From assembly GCA_040755695.1 (NCBI GenBank), contig JBFMAK010000003.1:101879-165878 (forward strand): a stretch of DNA of 64,000 nucleotides, written 5' to 3'. The notes under the pieces are model-generated. The model was not told the origin of the DNA, did no database searches, and saw only the letters and a list, made by a program, of their open reading frames with translations. This DNA is from Candidatus Iainarchaeum sp. (GTDB taxonomy: Archaea > Iainarchaeota > Iainarchaeia > Iainarchaeales > 1-14-0-10-31-34). The first letter of the stretch is position 1; each line of letters starts with the position of its first letter. Positions 1 through 8,387 of this stretch are shown in pieces. Both the position numbers and the translations under genes were made by a program.

Positions 1-459
1 GCAACAAGAGAAGTGGCTGAGGAAATTGGATTTAAAGTCCCTGGAAAAATAAAACAATTCCCGTGGTTTAAAGTACAGAGCGCAGCAAAAGAGATTGGAA
101 TTGCAAAAAGAAAGTTCTCTTTTTACGGAGCCAAATTTAAGACTGTTCCAAAAGAAAAAGCGCCTGCTCTTGCAATAGTAAGGGATGTTGTCAATGGAAC
201 AATTGAACCATTATATGCGATTGATATAAAAACAAAAGAGCCAGACAAGCTTTTGAAAGAAAAATTTAGTGAGCTTCCAAACGGAATGCTAAGAGTAAAA
301 GAAGCAGAAGACGCGTGGGAAATGAAGTACGCCGCCAAAATTCCAAGAAATTCAAGAAGCATAAAAGAATTCATTGAAAAAAACAAAAAGAGCCTAACCC
401 AAACAGCACTCATATGCCTTTCAATCTATGCCGAAGAACTTGAAAAAACAGGAAAATAA
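1..459 (+). CDS. Hypothetical protein, 5' end truncated by window edge
   Basis: Frame 1 is open from nt 1 with no in-frame stop upstream of the GTG at 13. The product is Lys-rich. No family recognised. Confidence 0.45.
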   Translation, partial: ATREVAEEIGFKVPGKIKQFPWFKVQSAAKEIGIAKRKFSFYGAKFKTVPKEKAPALAIVRDVVNGTIEPLYAIDIKTKEPDKLLKEKFSELPNGMLRVKEAEDAWEMKYAAKIPRNSRSIKEFIEKNKKSLTQTALICLSIYAEELEKTGK

Positions 460-461
460 AA

Positions 462-1298
462 TTAATTCTTTTCCATCCAGTTTTCCACAAGCCTTTTTTC
501 TTTTAGTATTTCTTCTTCCTTCACGTTGCTGAAGTGCTCGAGGATAATTGGAATTTTCTTTATGCGCTTTATGCTTTTTAGTTTGGACAAAAATTTTGAA
601 TTTATTGGAGCGTGAACATCCTGGCCTTTCCTGTTTGAATGCAAGTGCACTTCAAAAATCTTTTCCTGCAATTTCAAAAGCCCACTTAAGGTGCCGTCGC
701 ACTGCGCGTGGCCAGTGTCAAAAAGCAGGCCTAATTCAGGGAATTCCTTAAAGACTTTTTTGAATCCCTGAAAGCCTGAAACTAATGCCCCGTCCTGGCT
801 CTTGATGTTCTCAATCGCAATCCTTGTTCCAGATGAATTTTTCTTGAAAAAGAAATCTATTACCTCAAACAAATTTTCAAATGACTCTGCTTTGTTTAAT
901 TCCCTCAATTTTACTGCTTCAGCATAACCTTCCTTCTTCCATTCAAGGCCCATTTCATACAAAAAGCCTGGGTGAAAGCCTATTGCTTCGGCTTCAACAA
1001 TCCTTGCTGCCTTAAGCATGTCCCCTGCAATCAATTTGTTTTCTTTTGTGAGGCCCAGAGAAGGATTAAACCACACCTGCTTTGCTAGGGGAGGAAAAAG
1101 GCCATGAATAGTGAAAGCTTTTTCAGGGAACCCCTTTCTAATTTTTTTAATTACTGCAAAAGGGCTTCCTTCGCTTACAGAATACTTGTGCGCTGCACCC
1201 AATTCAATTAAACTGAAACCCAATTCAGAGCAATTGATAATTGAATCCCTCAACCCAAAGCCTTTTGTGGCAAAATAACTAGAGCTCAATCCAATCAA
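462..1298 (-). CDS. Sugar phosphate isomerase/epimerase (xylose-isomerase-like TIM barrel)
   Basis: 278 aa. The LGLLFDTGHA motif and overall pattern fit TIM-barrel AP-endonuclease-2/xylose-isomerase-like enzymes. Confidence 0.55.
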   Translation of the reverse strand: MIGLSSSYFATKGFGLRDSIINCSELGFSLIELGAAHKYSVSEGSPFAVIKKIRKGFPEKAFTIHGLFPPLAKQVWFNPSLGLTKENKLIAGDMLKAARIVEAEAIGFHPGFLYEMGLEWKKEGYAEAVKLRELNKAESFENLFEVIDFFFKKNSSGTRIAIENIKSQDGALVSGFQGFKKVFKEFPELGLLFDTGHAQCDGTLSGLLKLQEKIFEVHLHSNRKGQDVHAPINSKFLSKLKSIKRIKKIPIILEHFSNVKEEEILKEKRLVENWMEKN

Positions 1299-1369
1299 TC
1301 AAAGCACCTGAGAAAGAAATACTTCATTAAATTTAAAAATTAATGCACTCAAAATATTTATGAAAAATT

Positions 1370-2212
1370 ATGAAAAAAGAGGAAAAGGAAAGGGTCACAG
1401 TAAACATTGACTCTGCACTGCTCTTAAGAGTGGATAAAATCATAAATGGGAGAGAGATAAGGAACAGGAGCCATGCATTCGAGTCCCTCATAACAAAGGC
1501 ATTGAACCTGAATTCCATTAATACTGCCTTCGTCCTTGCCGGAGGCAAGGGCACAAGGCTTAAGCCTTTTACTGATGAAATACCCAAACCCATGATTCCA
1601 GTGAAAGGCAGGCCCATAATAGATTACCTGGTTGAACTGCTCAGAAAACATGAAGTGAGAAACATAATATTCGCTTTGGGCCACAAGACCGACTCAATAA
1701 AAGAATATTTCGGCAATGGAACAAAATTCGGCGTAAAAATTACTTACATTGAAGAAGAAAAGCCTTTAGGCACAGGAGGACCGTTAAAATTAGCAAAAGA
1801 CCTGCTTAAAGAAGAATTTCTAATGTTTAATGGAGACAACCTCACAAACATCAATCTTGGGGAAATGATTTCATTCCACAAAAAGCACAATGCTCTCGCT
1901 ACAATTGCATTAAAGGCTGTTGAAGACCCGTCAAATTTCGGTGTAATGGAACTAGAGGGAGACAAAGTAATAGAATTTTTAGAGAAGCCAAAAAACCCTA
2001 AATCCAACTTAGTGAATGCTGGGGCCTATATACTCAAGCCTGAAATAATTGACATGCTGCCAAAAGGCTTTTCCCAGATAGAGAAAGCAGTCTTCCCAAA
2101 ACTTGCAGCTCAAGGAAAGCTTTATGGCTACATCTACAAAGGCCAATGGTTCCCCACAGACACCTTCGAAAGATACGAGAAAGCACTAAAGGAATGGAAA
2201 GGAATAAATTAG
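1370..2212 (+). CDS. Sugar-1-phosphate nucleotidyltransferase with N-terminal ribbon-helix-helix domain
   Basis: LAGGKGTRLKPFT (GxGTRL) NTP_transferase signature. The N-terminal ~45 aa (RVTVNIDSALLLRVDKII...NRSHAFESLITKAL) looks like a CopG/RHH fold. Confidence 0.75.
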   Translation: MKKEEKERVTVNIDSALLLRVDKIINGREIRNRSHAFESLITKALNLNSINTAFVLAGGKGTRLKPFTDEIPKPMIPVKGRPIIDYLVELLRKHEVRNIIFALGHKTDSIKEYFGNGTKFGVKITYIEEEKPLGTGGPLKLAKDLLKEEFLMFNGDNLTNINLGEMISFHKKHNALATIALKAVEDPSNFGVMELEGDKVIEFLEKPKNPKSNLVNAGAYILKPEIIDMLPKGFSQIEKAVFPKLAAQGKLYGYIYKGQWFPTDTFERYEKALKEWKGIN

Positions 2213-2223
2213 GAGGTAAAAAA

Positions 2224-3186
2224 ATGAAAAGAATTTTAATTACCGGGGTCAATGGTTTTGTTGGAAGCCATCTAAGCGAATTTTTATTGAACAACAATTT
2301 AGGAGAAGTGAATGGAGTTTTAAGAAACAAACATGAATCACTAAAAAATTTATCCAATATAAAAGAAAAAATTAAATTAATTGAAGCAGATATTAATGAT
2401 TTAAATGCAATCTCTGAAACAATAAAAGAAGTTCAGCCAGAGGTAATATTCCATCTTGCAGCACAGGCTTTTGTGCCAAGCTCATGGAATTCTCCTTTCG
2501 AGACATTAAACACAAACATCATGGGTTCACTGAACTTGTTTGAAGCAGTAAGGAAAAGCAATTCCAACCCGGTAATCCAAATAGCAGGAAGCAGCGAAGA
2601 ATACGGCCTGGTTAAAGAGGACGAAATCCCAATAAAAGAAAGCAACCCGCTAAGACCATTAAGCCCCTACGGAGTCAGCAAAGTAGCAATGGACATGCTC
2701 GGCTATCAATACTTCAAAAGCTACGGAATGAAAATTGTCAGGACAAGAGCATTCAACCACACGGGCCCAAGAAGAGGCGAAGTATACGCCACAAGCAATT
2801 TTGCGCACCAGATAGCAGAAATCGAAGCAAAAAAGAAAGAGCCAATATTATATGTTGGAAACCTTGAAGCAAAAAGAGACTTCACTGATGTTAGAGACAT
2901 GGTGAGGGCTTACTGGCTTGCAACGCAAAAATGCAAACCAGGAGAAGTATACAATATCTGTTCAGGCAAAAGCTACGCAATAAAGGAAATCATAGACAGA
3001 TTGATCAACCTGAGCAAAAACAAAAAAATCAAAATAGAGCAAGACCCAAAAAGAATGAGACCAAGCGATGTGCTAAATCTTCTGGGAGACAGCAACAAAT
3101 TCAGAAAAGAAACAGGCTGGAAGCCTGAAATAACATTCGAGCAAACCTTGAAAGACCTGCTTGACTACTGGAGAGCAAACATTTAG
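2224..3186 (+). CDS. NAD-dependent epimerase/dehydratase (GDP-mannose 4,6-dehydratase/reductase family)
   Basis: MKRILITGVNGFVGSHL Rossmann GxxGxxG, YGVSKV catalytic YxxxK, and FNHTGPRRGE motif. GGAGGT RBS lies 8 nt upstream of the ATG at 2224. The longer track ORF from 2146 overlaps the upstream gene. Confidence 0.75.
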   Translation: MKRILITGVNGFVGSHLSEFLLNNNLGEVNGVLRNKHESLKNLSNIKEKIKLIEADINDLNAISETIKEVQPEVIFHLAAQAFVPSSWNSPFETLNTNIMGSLNLFEAVRKSNSNPVIQIAGSSEEYGLVKEDEIPIKESNPLRPLSPYGVSKVAMDMLGYQYFKSYGMKIVRTRAFNHTGPRRGEVYATSNFAHQIAEIEAKKKEPILYVGNLEAKRDFTDVRDMVRAYWLATQKCKPGEVYNICSGKSYAIKEIIDRLINLSKNKKIKIEQDPKRMRPSDVLNLLGDSNKFRKETGWKPEITFEQTLKDLLDYWRANI

Positions 3187-4010
3187 GAAAGCCTTCTTTT
3201 CCTGAATTCCCTGAATGCCTCAATTGTTCCCTCAAACAATTTTCTTTTTGTTAAATGAATCCTTTTAATTTCTTTCATTTTCTCAGTTTTAATTTTGCTT
3301 TTATCCCCTACAAAATAGAATTCATAACTTAATTTCCTTTTCCTTAAAGGCTCAATCATTCTCAAGTCAGAAGGGCTGTCCCCGAAAAGCCTGTAAAACC
3401 TTACTCTCCTTCTTTGAGGCCCAAGCATTCCGAGAGCCTGGTCTGCAGCAAAAGCCTTGCTCACAGCAAAAGGCAAAAGGTCAACGGCATAAAGGCTTCT
3501 CACTACATGAAATCCTTTGTGTTTTAAAGAAATTTCTCTCATTAATTTTTCTGTTTTCTTAAGTCCTTGTTCAACAAGCACTGGATTCTTTCTTTTGATT
3601 TCATGAATGGCCTCAATTGTCACAACAGCTTGTTTTGTTTTATCATAAAACACGCCAGGAATTAATTTCACTTGCCTTCTAACCTTTTCCATTATATTTT
3701 TTGGAACACTAATTCTTCTGTTAATTTCCCTGATTAATTTTCCGCCAGAAATTCTTGCTGTAACAAGGCCGTGCTCGCCGACAAAAGAAATGTTATTCAC
3801 CGCATTAGGAAATTTTGCTTCAAAAGAATTGATTACCGGCAGCAGGTTTTTTTGAACCCAGTCAATCGAACGCCCTGAAACAAAGAAAACCTTGTGGCCC
3901 TCATTTGCTTTTTTCATGAACTCAAGTACTGCTTTTGGCTTTACATTGGCAAAGGCCCCAGTTACAGGCCCATCAATGTCAACCAGAAAACAGTCAATTC
4001 CATTTTGCAT
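3183..4010 (-). CDS. HAD-superfamily hydrolase (sugar-phosphate phosphatase-like, HAD-IIB)
   Basis: N-terminal FLVDIDGPV (DxD motif I), 275 aa. It sits in the sugar-nucleotide gene cluster. Confidence 0.6.
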   Translation of the reverse strand: MQNGIDCFLVDIDGPVTGAFANVKPKAVLEFMKKANEGHKVFFVSGRSIDWVQKNLLPVINSFEAKFPNAVNNISFVGEHGLVTARISGGKLIREINRRISVPKNIMEKVRRQVKLIPGVFYDKTKQAVVTIEAIHEIKRKNPVLVEQGLKKTEKLMREISLKHKGFHVVRSLYAVDLLPFAVSKAFAADQALGMLGPQRRRVRFYRLFGDSPSDLRMIEPLRKRKLSYEFYFVGDKSKIKTEKMKEIKRIHLTKRKLFEGTIEAFREFRKRRLS

Positions 4011-4079
4011 AACAGAAAACTAATTTATCTGAAAAGCTTTTTAATACATTCCTGGAACAAAAAATTACTGGAGCAGAGA

Positions 4080-4616
4080 ATGAAAGAAAAATTTCTGAAA
4101 GAGAAAATAAGGGCTGTGCCGGATTTCCCGAAAAAAGGAATAATGTTCAGGGACATTACCACCCTGCTGCAGGACGCGCAGGCATTCAGGACAGTAATAA
4201 ACGAATTTAAAGAGTATTACACCAAAAAAGGGATTGCTATAGACAAGGTTGCAAGCGCTGAATCAAGGGGCTTCATATTCGGAGCAGTGCTAGCGCATGA
4301 ACTTAACGCAGGATTCGTGCCGGTGAGAAAGCCAGGGAAACTTCCATGGAAGACAATAAAGCAGGAATTCAAGACAGAATACTCAACAGACGCATTCGAA
4401 CTGCACATGGACTCAATAAAAAAAGGCGACAGGGTGCTCATAGCAGATGATCTTCTTGCAACAGGAGGAACAATAGAGGCAATAATAAAATTAGTCGAAA
4501 AATTAGGGGGAAAAGTTGCAGGCATATGCTGCCTTGTAGAATTAAGCTTTCTTAAAGGCAGAAAAAAACTGAAGGGATACGATGTATTCTCTCTTGTAGA
4601 CTATGAAAGCGAATGA
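4080..4616 (+). CDS. apt: Adenine phosphoribosyltransferase
   Basis: VPDFPKKGIMFRDITTLLQD and VLIADDLLATGGT PRPP-binding motifs. Start was chosen at the internal ATG (MKEKFLKEK) to avoid overlap with the convergent HAD gene. Confidence 0.8.
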   Translation: MKEKFLKEKIRAVPDFPKKGIMFRDITTLLQDAQAFRTVINEFKEYYTKKGIAIDKVASAESRGFIFGAVLAHELNAGFVPVRKPGKLPWKTIKQEFKTEYSTDAFELHMDSIKKGDRVLIADDLLATGGTIEAIIKLVEKLGGKVAGICCLVELSFLKGRKKLKGYDVFSLVDYESE

Positions 4617-4640
4617 TTGATAAAAATAGGAGGAAAAAAA

Positions 4641-5417
4641 ATGATTGGATTGATTGGAGGCTCAGGATTTTATGACACGGCAATGCTCAAGAAAACAGAG
4701 CAGAAAAAAGTGCACACGCCATTCGGTGCGACAAGCGATTTGGTTACAACGGGAGAATTTGAAGAAAAAAAGATTGCATTCATTCCAAGGCACGGGGCAA
4801 AACACTCAATCAACCCATCGCAAGTGAATTACAGGGCGAATATCCAGGCAATGAAAGAATTAGGCGTCCAAAGAATAATTGCAGCAAACGCTGTAGGCTC
4901 ACTAAAAGAAGAAATGAAGCCAGGCGAGCTTGTAATAGTTGACCAATTCATTGATTTAACGAAAGGCAGAAAAAACACTTTCTATGAAGGCACGCAAGTA
5001 TGCCATATTTCTACTGCAGAGCCCTTCTGCAAAGAACTGAGAAAAATACTGATTGAATCAGCACAAAAACTAAGCCTGCCATTCCACGAGAAAGGAACAT
5101 GCATTGTAATTGAAGGCCCAAGGTTCTCAACAAAAGCAGAATCCATTCTCTTCAAATCATGGGGTGCAGACATAATAAACATGACCTTGTGCCCTGAAGC
5201 AGTCCTTGCAAGAGAAGCAGAAATATGCTATGCAGCAATAGCAATGGTAACAGACTACGACTGCTGGAAGGACAGCCATGCCACAGGAGCAGAAGTAGTG
5301 AAAATAATGAAAGAGAACGTCCACAAAATGCAAATGCTTGTAAAAGAAGCAATTCCACTTATCCCAGAGCAAAGGAAATGCGAATGCAAGGACGCATTAA
5401 AAAGCGCAATACAATAA
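4641..5417 (+). CDS. mtnP: 5'-methylthioadenosine / purine nucleoside phosphorylase
   Basis: MIGLIGGSGFYD start and overall PNP/MTAP family pattern. AGGAGG RBS before the ATG at 4641. Confidence 0.8.
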   Translation: MIGLIGGSGFYDTAMLKKTEQKKVHTPFGATSDLVTTGEFEEKKIAFIPRHGAKHSINPSQVNYRANIQAMKELGVQRIIAANAVGSLKEEMKPGELVIVDQFIDLTKGRKNTFYEGTQVCHISTAEPFCKELRKILIESAQKLSLPFHEKGTCIVIEGPRFSTKAESILFKSWGADIINMTLCPEAVLAREAEICYAAIAMVTDYDCWKDSHATGAEVVKIMKENVHKMQMLVKEAIPLIPEQRKCECKDALKSAIQ

Positions 5418-5436
5418 GGCATAAGTTTATATCATG

Positions 5437-5469
5437 TTATTAACATAATTATTTGATTAACATAATTAT
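5437..5469 (+). promoter_or_regulatory. Direct repeats (attaacataattat x2) plus TATA-like tttatat upstream of the TA operon; putative operator/promoter
   Basis: Two 14-nt direct repeats at 5439-5452 and 5456-5469, with tttatat at 5425-5431, immediately upstream of the RHH gene start at 5481. Confidence 0.4.
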
Positions 5470-5480
5470 GTGGTGGTCAG

Positions 5481-5786
5481 ATGAATGTGACTATGTCTGT
5501 TAGCGGTGTTTTGGAAAAAGAGATAAGAAGGAACCCGCAAATAAAATGGACTGAAATTGCAAGAAGGGCAATGATTGAAGAGGCGACTAAAATGAGAAAA
5601 CTTGAAATAATGCAAAAGTATATGGAAAAAAAAGAAATTGCTGACGAGGACTGGAAATGGATGGACTCCATTGATTGGCACCCAGTAGATGAAATGAATT
5701 ACAAGAAATCTTTTATTGAAAGAATAAAGAAAGCACAAAAAGAAAAAGCGATAAAAGTAGGTTCTGTTGATAAATTATTCAAGTGA
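5481..5786 (+). CDS. Putative RHH (CopG-like) antitoxin
   Basis: 101 aa. The N-terminal VSGVLEKEIRRNPQIKWTEIARRAMIEEA resembles a ribbon-helix-helix. It sits directly upstream of a RelE/ParE-like gene. Confidence 0.45.
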   Translation: MNVTMSVSGVLEKEIRRNPQIKWTEIARRAMIEEATKMRKLEIMQKYMEKKEIADEDWKWMDSIDWHPVDEMNYKKSFIERIKKAQKEKAIKVGSVDKLFK

Positions 5787-5790
5787 TTCA

Positions 5791-6060
5791 ATGGCTTATT
5801 CTCTTGAATCTGAGCCTTCATGCAAGAAAGCAATAAAGAAAGCATGCAAGAAAAACAAAGAACTGGAAAAAGCCTTAAAAAACAAGATTTCAGAAATCCT
5901 TGAAAACCCGCAGAGATTCAAGCCACTAAAATATAATCTTGCAGGCCAGCACAGAGTTCACATCCTTAAAAGCTTTGTTTTAACTTATGAAATCAATGAA
6001 AATTTAAAAACAGTAAAAATGCTTATTTTTGACCATCACGACAATATATATGAAAAATAA
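5791..6060 (+). CDS. RelE/ParE-family toxin
   Basis: C-terminal pattern NLAGQHRVHILKSFVLTYEINENLKTVKMLIFDHHDNIY is typical of RelE/ParE. The gene is small and sits 4 nt after the putative antitoxin. Confidence 0.55.
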   Translation: MAYSLESEPSCKKAIKKACKKNKELEKALKNKISEILENPQRFKPLKYNLAGQHRVHILKSFVLTYEINENLKTVKMLIFDHHDNIYEK

Positions 6061-6065
6061 TTTTT

Positions 6066-6962
6066 TTACATTGCTTCCAATGCCTTGATTCTTTCCTGTA
6101 TTGGCGGGTGAGTGCTGAACAGGTTGTCAAGCCAGCCGCCGTGGGCCTTTAACGGATTGGAGATGTACAAGTGCTCTGTTGCCTTGTTCGCTGCCTCTAA
6201 CGGTTCCTTGTCTGCATTAATCTTCTTTAATGCGTCAGCAAGGCCTTGAGGGTAACGCGTCAGCAAAGCGCCGTCAGCGTCCGCAAGGAACTCCCTCTTC
6301 CTGGAGATAGCGAACTTGACTAACTGGGCAATAATTGGAGTTAAAATTGCAAGCACAATTCCAATTATTACTAGAACAAACCAGCCTTTTTCTGCCTCCC
6401 TCCTTGAGCCTCTTGAACCCCAGAACATTGACCTTAAAATCAAGTCAGAGACAAGGGCAGCAATTCCCACAAGAACAACAACTATTGTCATGAACCTGAC
6501 ATCATAATTCTTTATGTGGCTCATCTCATGGGCTATAACTCCCTCTAATTCCAGTCTCTTGAGCCTCTGCACTGCGCCCGTGGTAACTACAATAACTGAA
6601 TGTTCTGGATCCCTTCCAGAAGCAAAGGCATTGATTGCTGTATCATCAATAACATAAATTTTAGGCATTGGAATTCCTGCTGCAATTGCAAGGCCTTCAA
6701 CGCTGTTGTAAAGGAAAGGAAACTCTTTTGGGTCAGCAGGCCTTGCCTTGCTTATTGCCAGAACAATTGAATCAGAATTATAGTAGGAAATCAAAACAAA
6801 AATTATTGAAACAACAATTGCAATTCCTGCTCCTAAAAATATGTCTCCCCACACTGCCCCGAGGACAACGCCAAGAAAAGCAATTAATACAACAAAGAGA
6901 ACGAAAAGGATTACTGAATTCCTCTTGTTTGAGGAAATCCTGCCGTAAACATTTTCTGCCAT
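6066..6962 (-). CDS. htpX: Zinc metalloprotease HtpX (M48)
   Basis: HEMSH (HExxH) motif, C-terminal STHPP motif and multiple TM segments. Start was set at the third ATG (MAENVYGR); the ORF could extend to 6998. Confidence 0.85.
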   Translation of the reverse strand: MAENVYGRISSNKRNSVILFVLFVVLIAFLGVVLGAVWGDIFLGAGIAIVVSIIFVLISYYNSDSIVLAISKARPADPKEFPFLYNSVEGLAIAAGIPMPKIYVIDDTAINAFASGRDPEHSVIVVTTGAVQRLKRLELEGVIAHEMSHIKNYDVRFMTIVVVLVGIAALVSDLILRSMFWGSRGSRREAEKGWFVLVIIGIVLAILTPIIAQLVKFAISRKREFLADADGALLTRYPQGLADALKKINADKEPLEAANKATEHLYISNPLKAHGGWLDNLFSTHPPIQERIKALEAM

Positions 6963-7038
6963 AAAAAAACACTTGAACTGCATTAAACCGTAATTCAATT
7001 AATAATTAAAAAACAAAAAAAAGAAAAAGGGAGAGGAA

Positions 7039-7608
7039 TTAAAATGAAACCTTGACTGGCTCCCTTGAACCTGCTTCGACCTCAAAGAATTCCTTTTGAG
7101 TGAACTGGAACATTCCTGCAACAATGTTTGAAGGAAAAGTCTGAATAGAATTATTGTAATCCAAAACTGAATCATTGTAGAACTGCCTTGCGTAAGCAAT
7201 CTTTGACTCAATGCCATCCAACTGCTCTTGAAGAAGCTTGAAGTTCTCGTTTGCCTTCAATTGAGGATAGGCTTCAGCCACAGCAAACAAAGTCTTCAAT
7301 GCCCCAGTAAGAAAGTTCTCTGCCGCAGCCTTGTCCTTCATTCCCTGGGCGTTAGCAACCTGAGACCTTGCCTGGGTCACCTTCTCAAATACTTCCCTTT
7401 CATGCTTTGCATAGCCCTTCACTGTTTCTACAAGATTAGGCACTAAATCAAACCTTTTCTTCAATTGGACGTCAATCTGGCTCCAGGAATTGTTCACCCT
7501 GTTCCTTTTCACTATAAGGCCGTTGAAGATTGCTATTAGCACTAGAACTACAATTACTATTATGACCAGTATTACAATTGAAATCAATGAAACAAAATCA
7601 AAAGCCAT
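7039..7608 (-). CDS. lemA: LemA family protein
   Basis: N-terminal TM then LemA-like helical domain ([20 protein letters not shown]...). HtpX-LemA adjacency is a recurrent pairing. Confidence 0.8.
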   Translation of the reverse strand: MAFDFVSLISIVILVIIVIVVLVLIAIFNGLIVKRNRVNNSWSQIDVQLKKRFDLVPNLVETVKGYAKHEREVFEKVTQARSQVANAQGMKDKAAAENFLTGALKTLFAVAEAYPQLKANENFKLLQEQLDGIESKIAYARQFYNDSVLDYNNSIQTFPSNIVAGMFQFTQKEFFEVEAGSREPVKVSF

Positions 7609-7681
7609 TAAACAAAACCTCCGTTATACCTATTGCTCACGAATATAATAAAAAGCTTTTCATAACCAGAAAATAAATCCA

Positions 7682-8314
7682 ATGAGCACAATAACAGCAT
7701 TCGCAGGAATAGGAATAGGCACATTCACAGAAATAATTGCAATGGCAGGATACTGGGGGGTATTCCTTTTAATGCTTTTAGAGAGCACTGCAGCACCAGT
7801 GCCATCAGAATTGGTCATGCCCTTTGCCGGATTCCTTGTGAGCGCAGGAAGAATGGACTTACTCACAGTAATACTAATTGCCTCTGCAGGGTCAATTATT
7901 GGCTCACTTATATCTTACTGGATTGGAAGAGAATTAGGAAAGCCCTTCATCAAAAAATACGGGAAATATGTACTGCTGAATTTGCACCATCTTGAGCTCA
8001 CAGAAAAATTCTTTTCCAGGCACGGCACAAAAACAATATTCTTCAGCAGATTCATTCCAGTAATAAGGCACCTCATATCAATTCCAGCAGGAGCAGCAAA
8101 AATGAATTTACTGAAATTCAGCTTCTACACATTCCTTGGCGCCCTCGGATGGAATTCAATCCTAGTGTTTGCAGGCATCAAACTTAAAGAGAATTGGGTG
8201 CAGTTAACCAAATTCACTGAAGCAGTGGACATGATAATAATAATAATCATAATTGCAGCAGCAACCGCCTTCTTCTGGAGCGCAAAAAAACACAGGCAAA
8301 GAAAACACAAATAG
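7682..8314 (+). CDS. DedA/SNARE-associated (VTT domain) membrane protein
   Basis: ESTAAPVPSELVMPFAGFLV and FFSRFIPVIRHLISIPAG motifs typical of the DedA family. Confidence 0.75.
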   Translation: MSTITAFAGIGIGTFTEIIAMAGYWGVFLLMLLESTAAPVPSELVMPFAGFLVSAGRMDLLTVILIASAGSIIGSLISYWIGRELGKPFIKKYGKYVLLNLHHLELTEKFFSRHGTKTIFFSRFIPVIRHLISIPAGAAKMNLLKFSFYTFLGALGWNSILVFAGIKLKENWVQLTKFTEAVDMIIIIIIIAAATAFFWSAKKHRQRKHK

Positions 8315-8387
8315 CCCAAGAATTGGCAACAAATAAAAAGCTTTCTTCACCTAAAATATAACATTTAATTCTCAAGCGTGAAAAAAA

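Noticed and set aside
2146-2223. Longer N-terminal extension of the epimerase/dehydratase ORF starting at 2146
   Set aside because: The extension overlaps the 3' end of the upstream nucleotidyltransferase gene. A GGAGGT RBS precedes the internal ATG at 2224, which begins the Rossmann motif.
3894-4079. Longer APRT ORF starting at 3894
   Set aside because: It would overlap 117 nt of the convergent HAD hydrolase gene. The conserved APRT N-terminus begins at the ATG at 4080.
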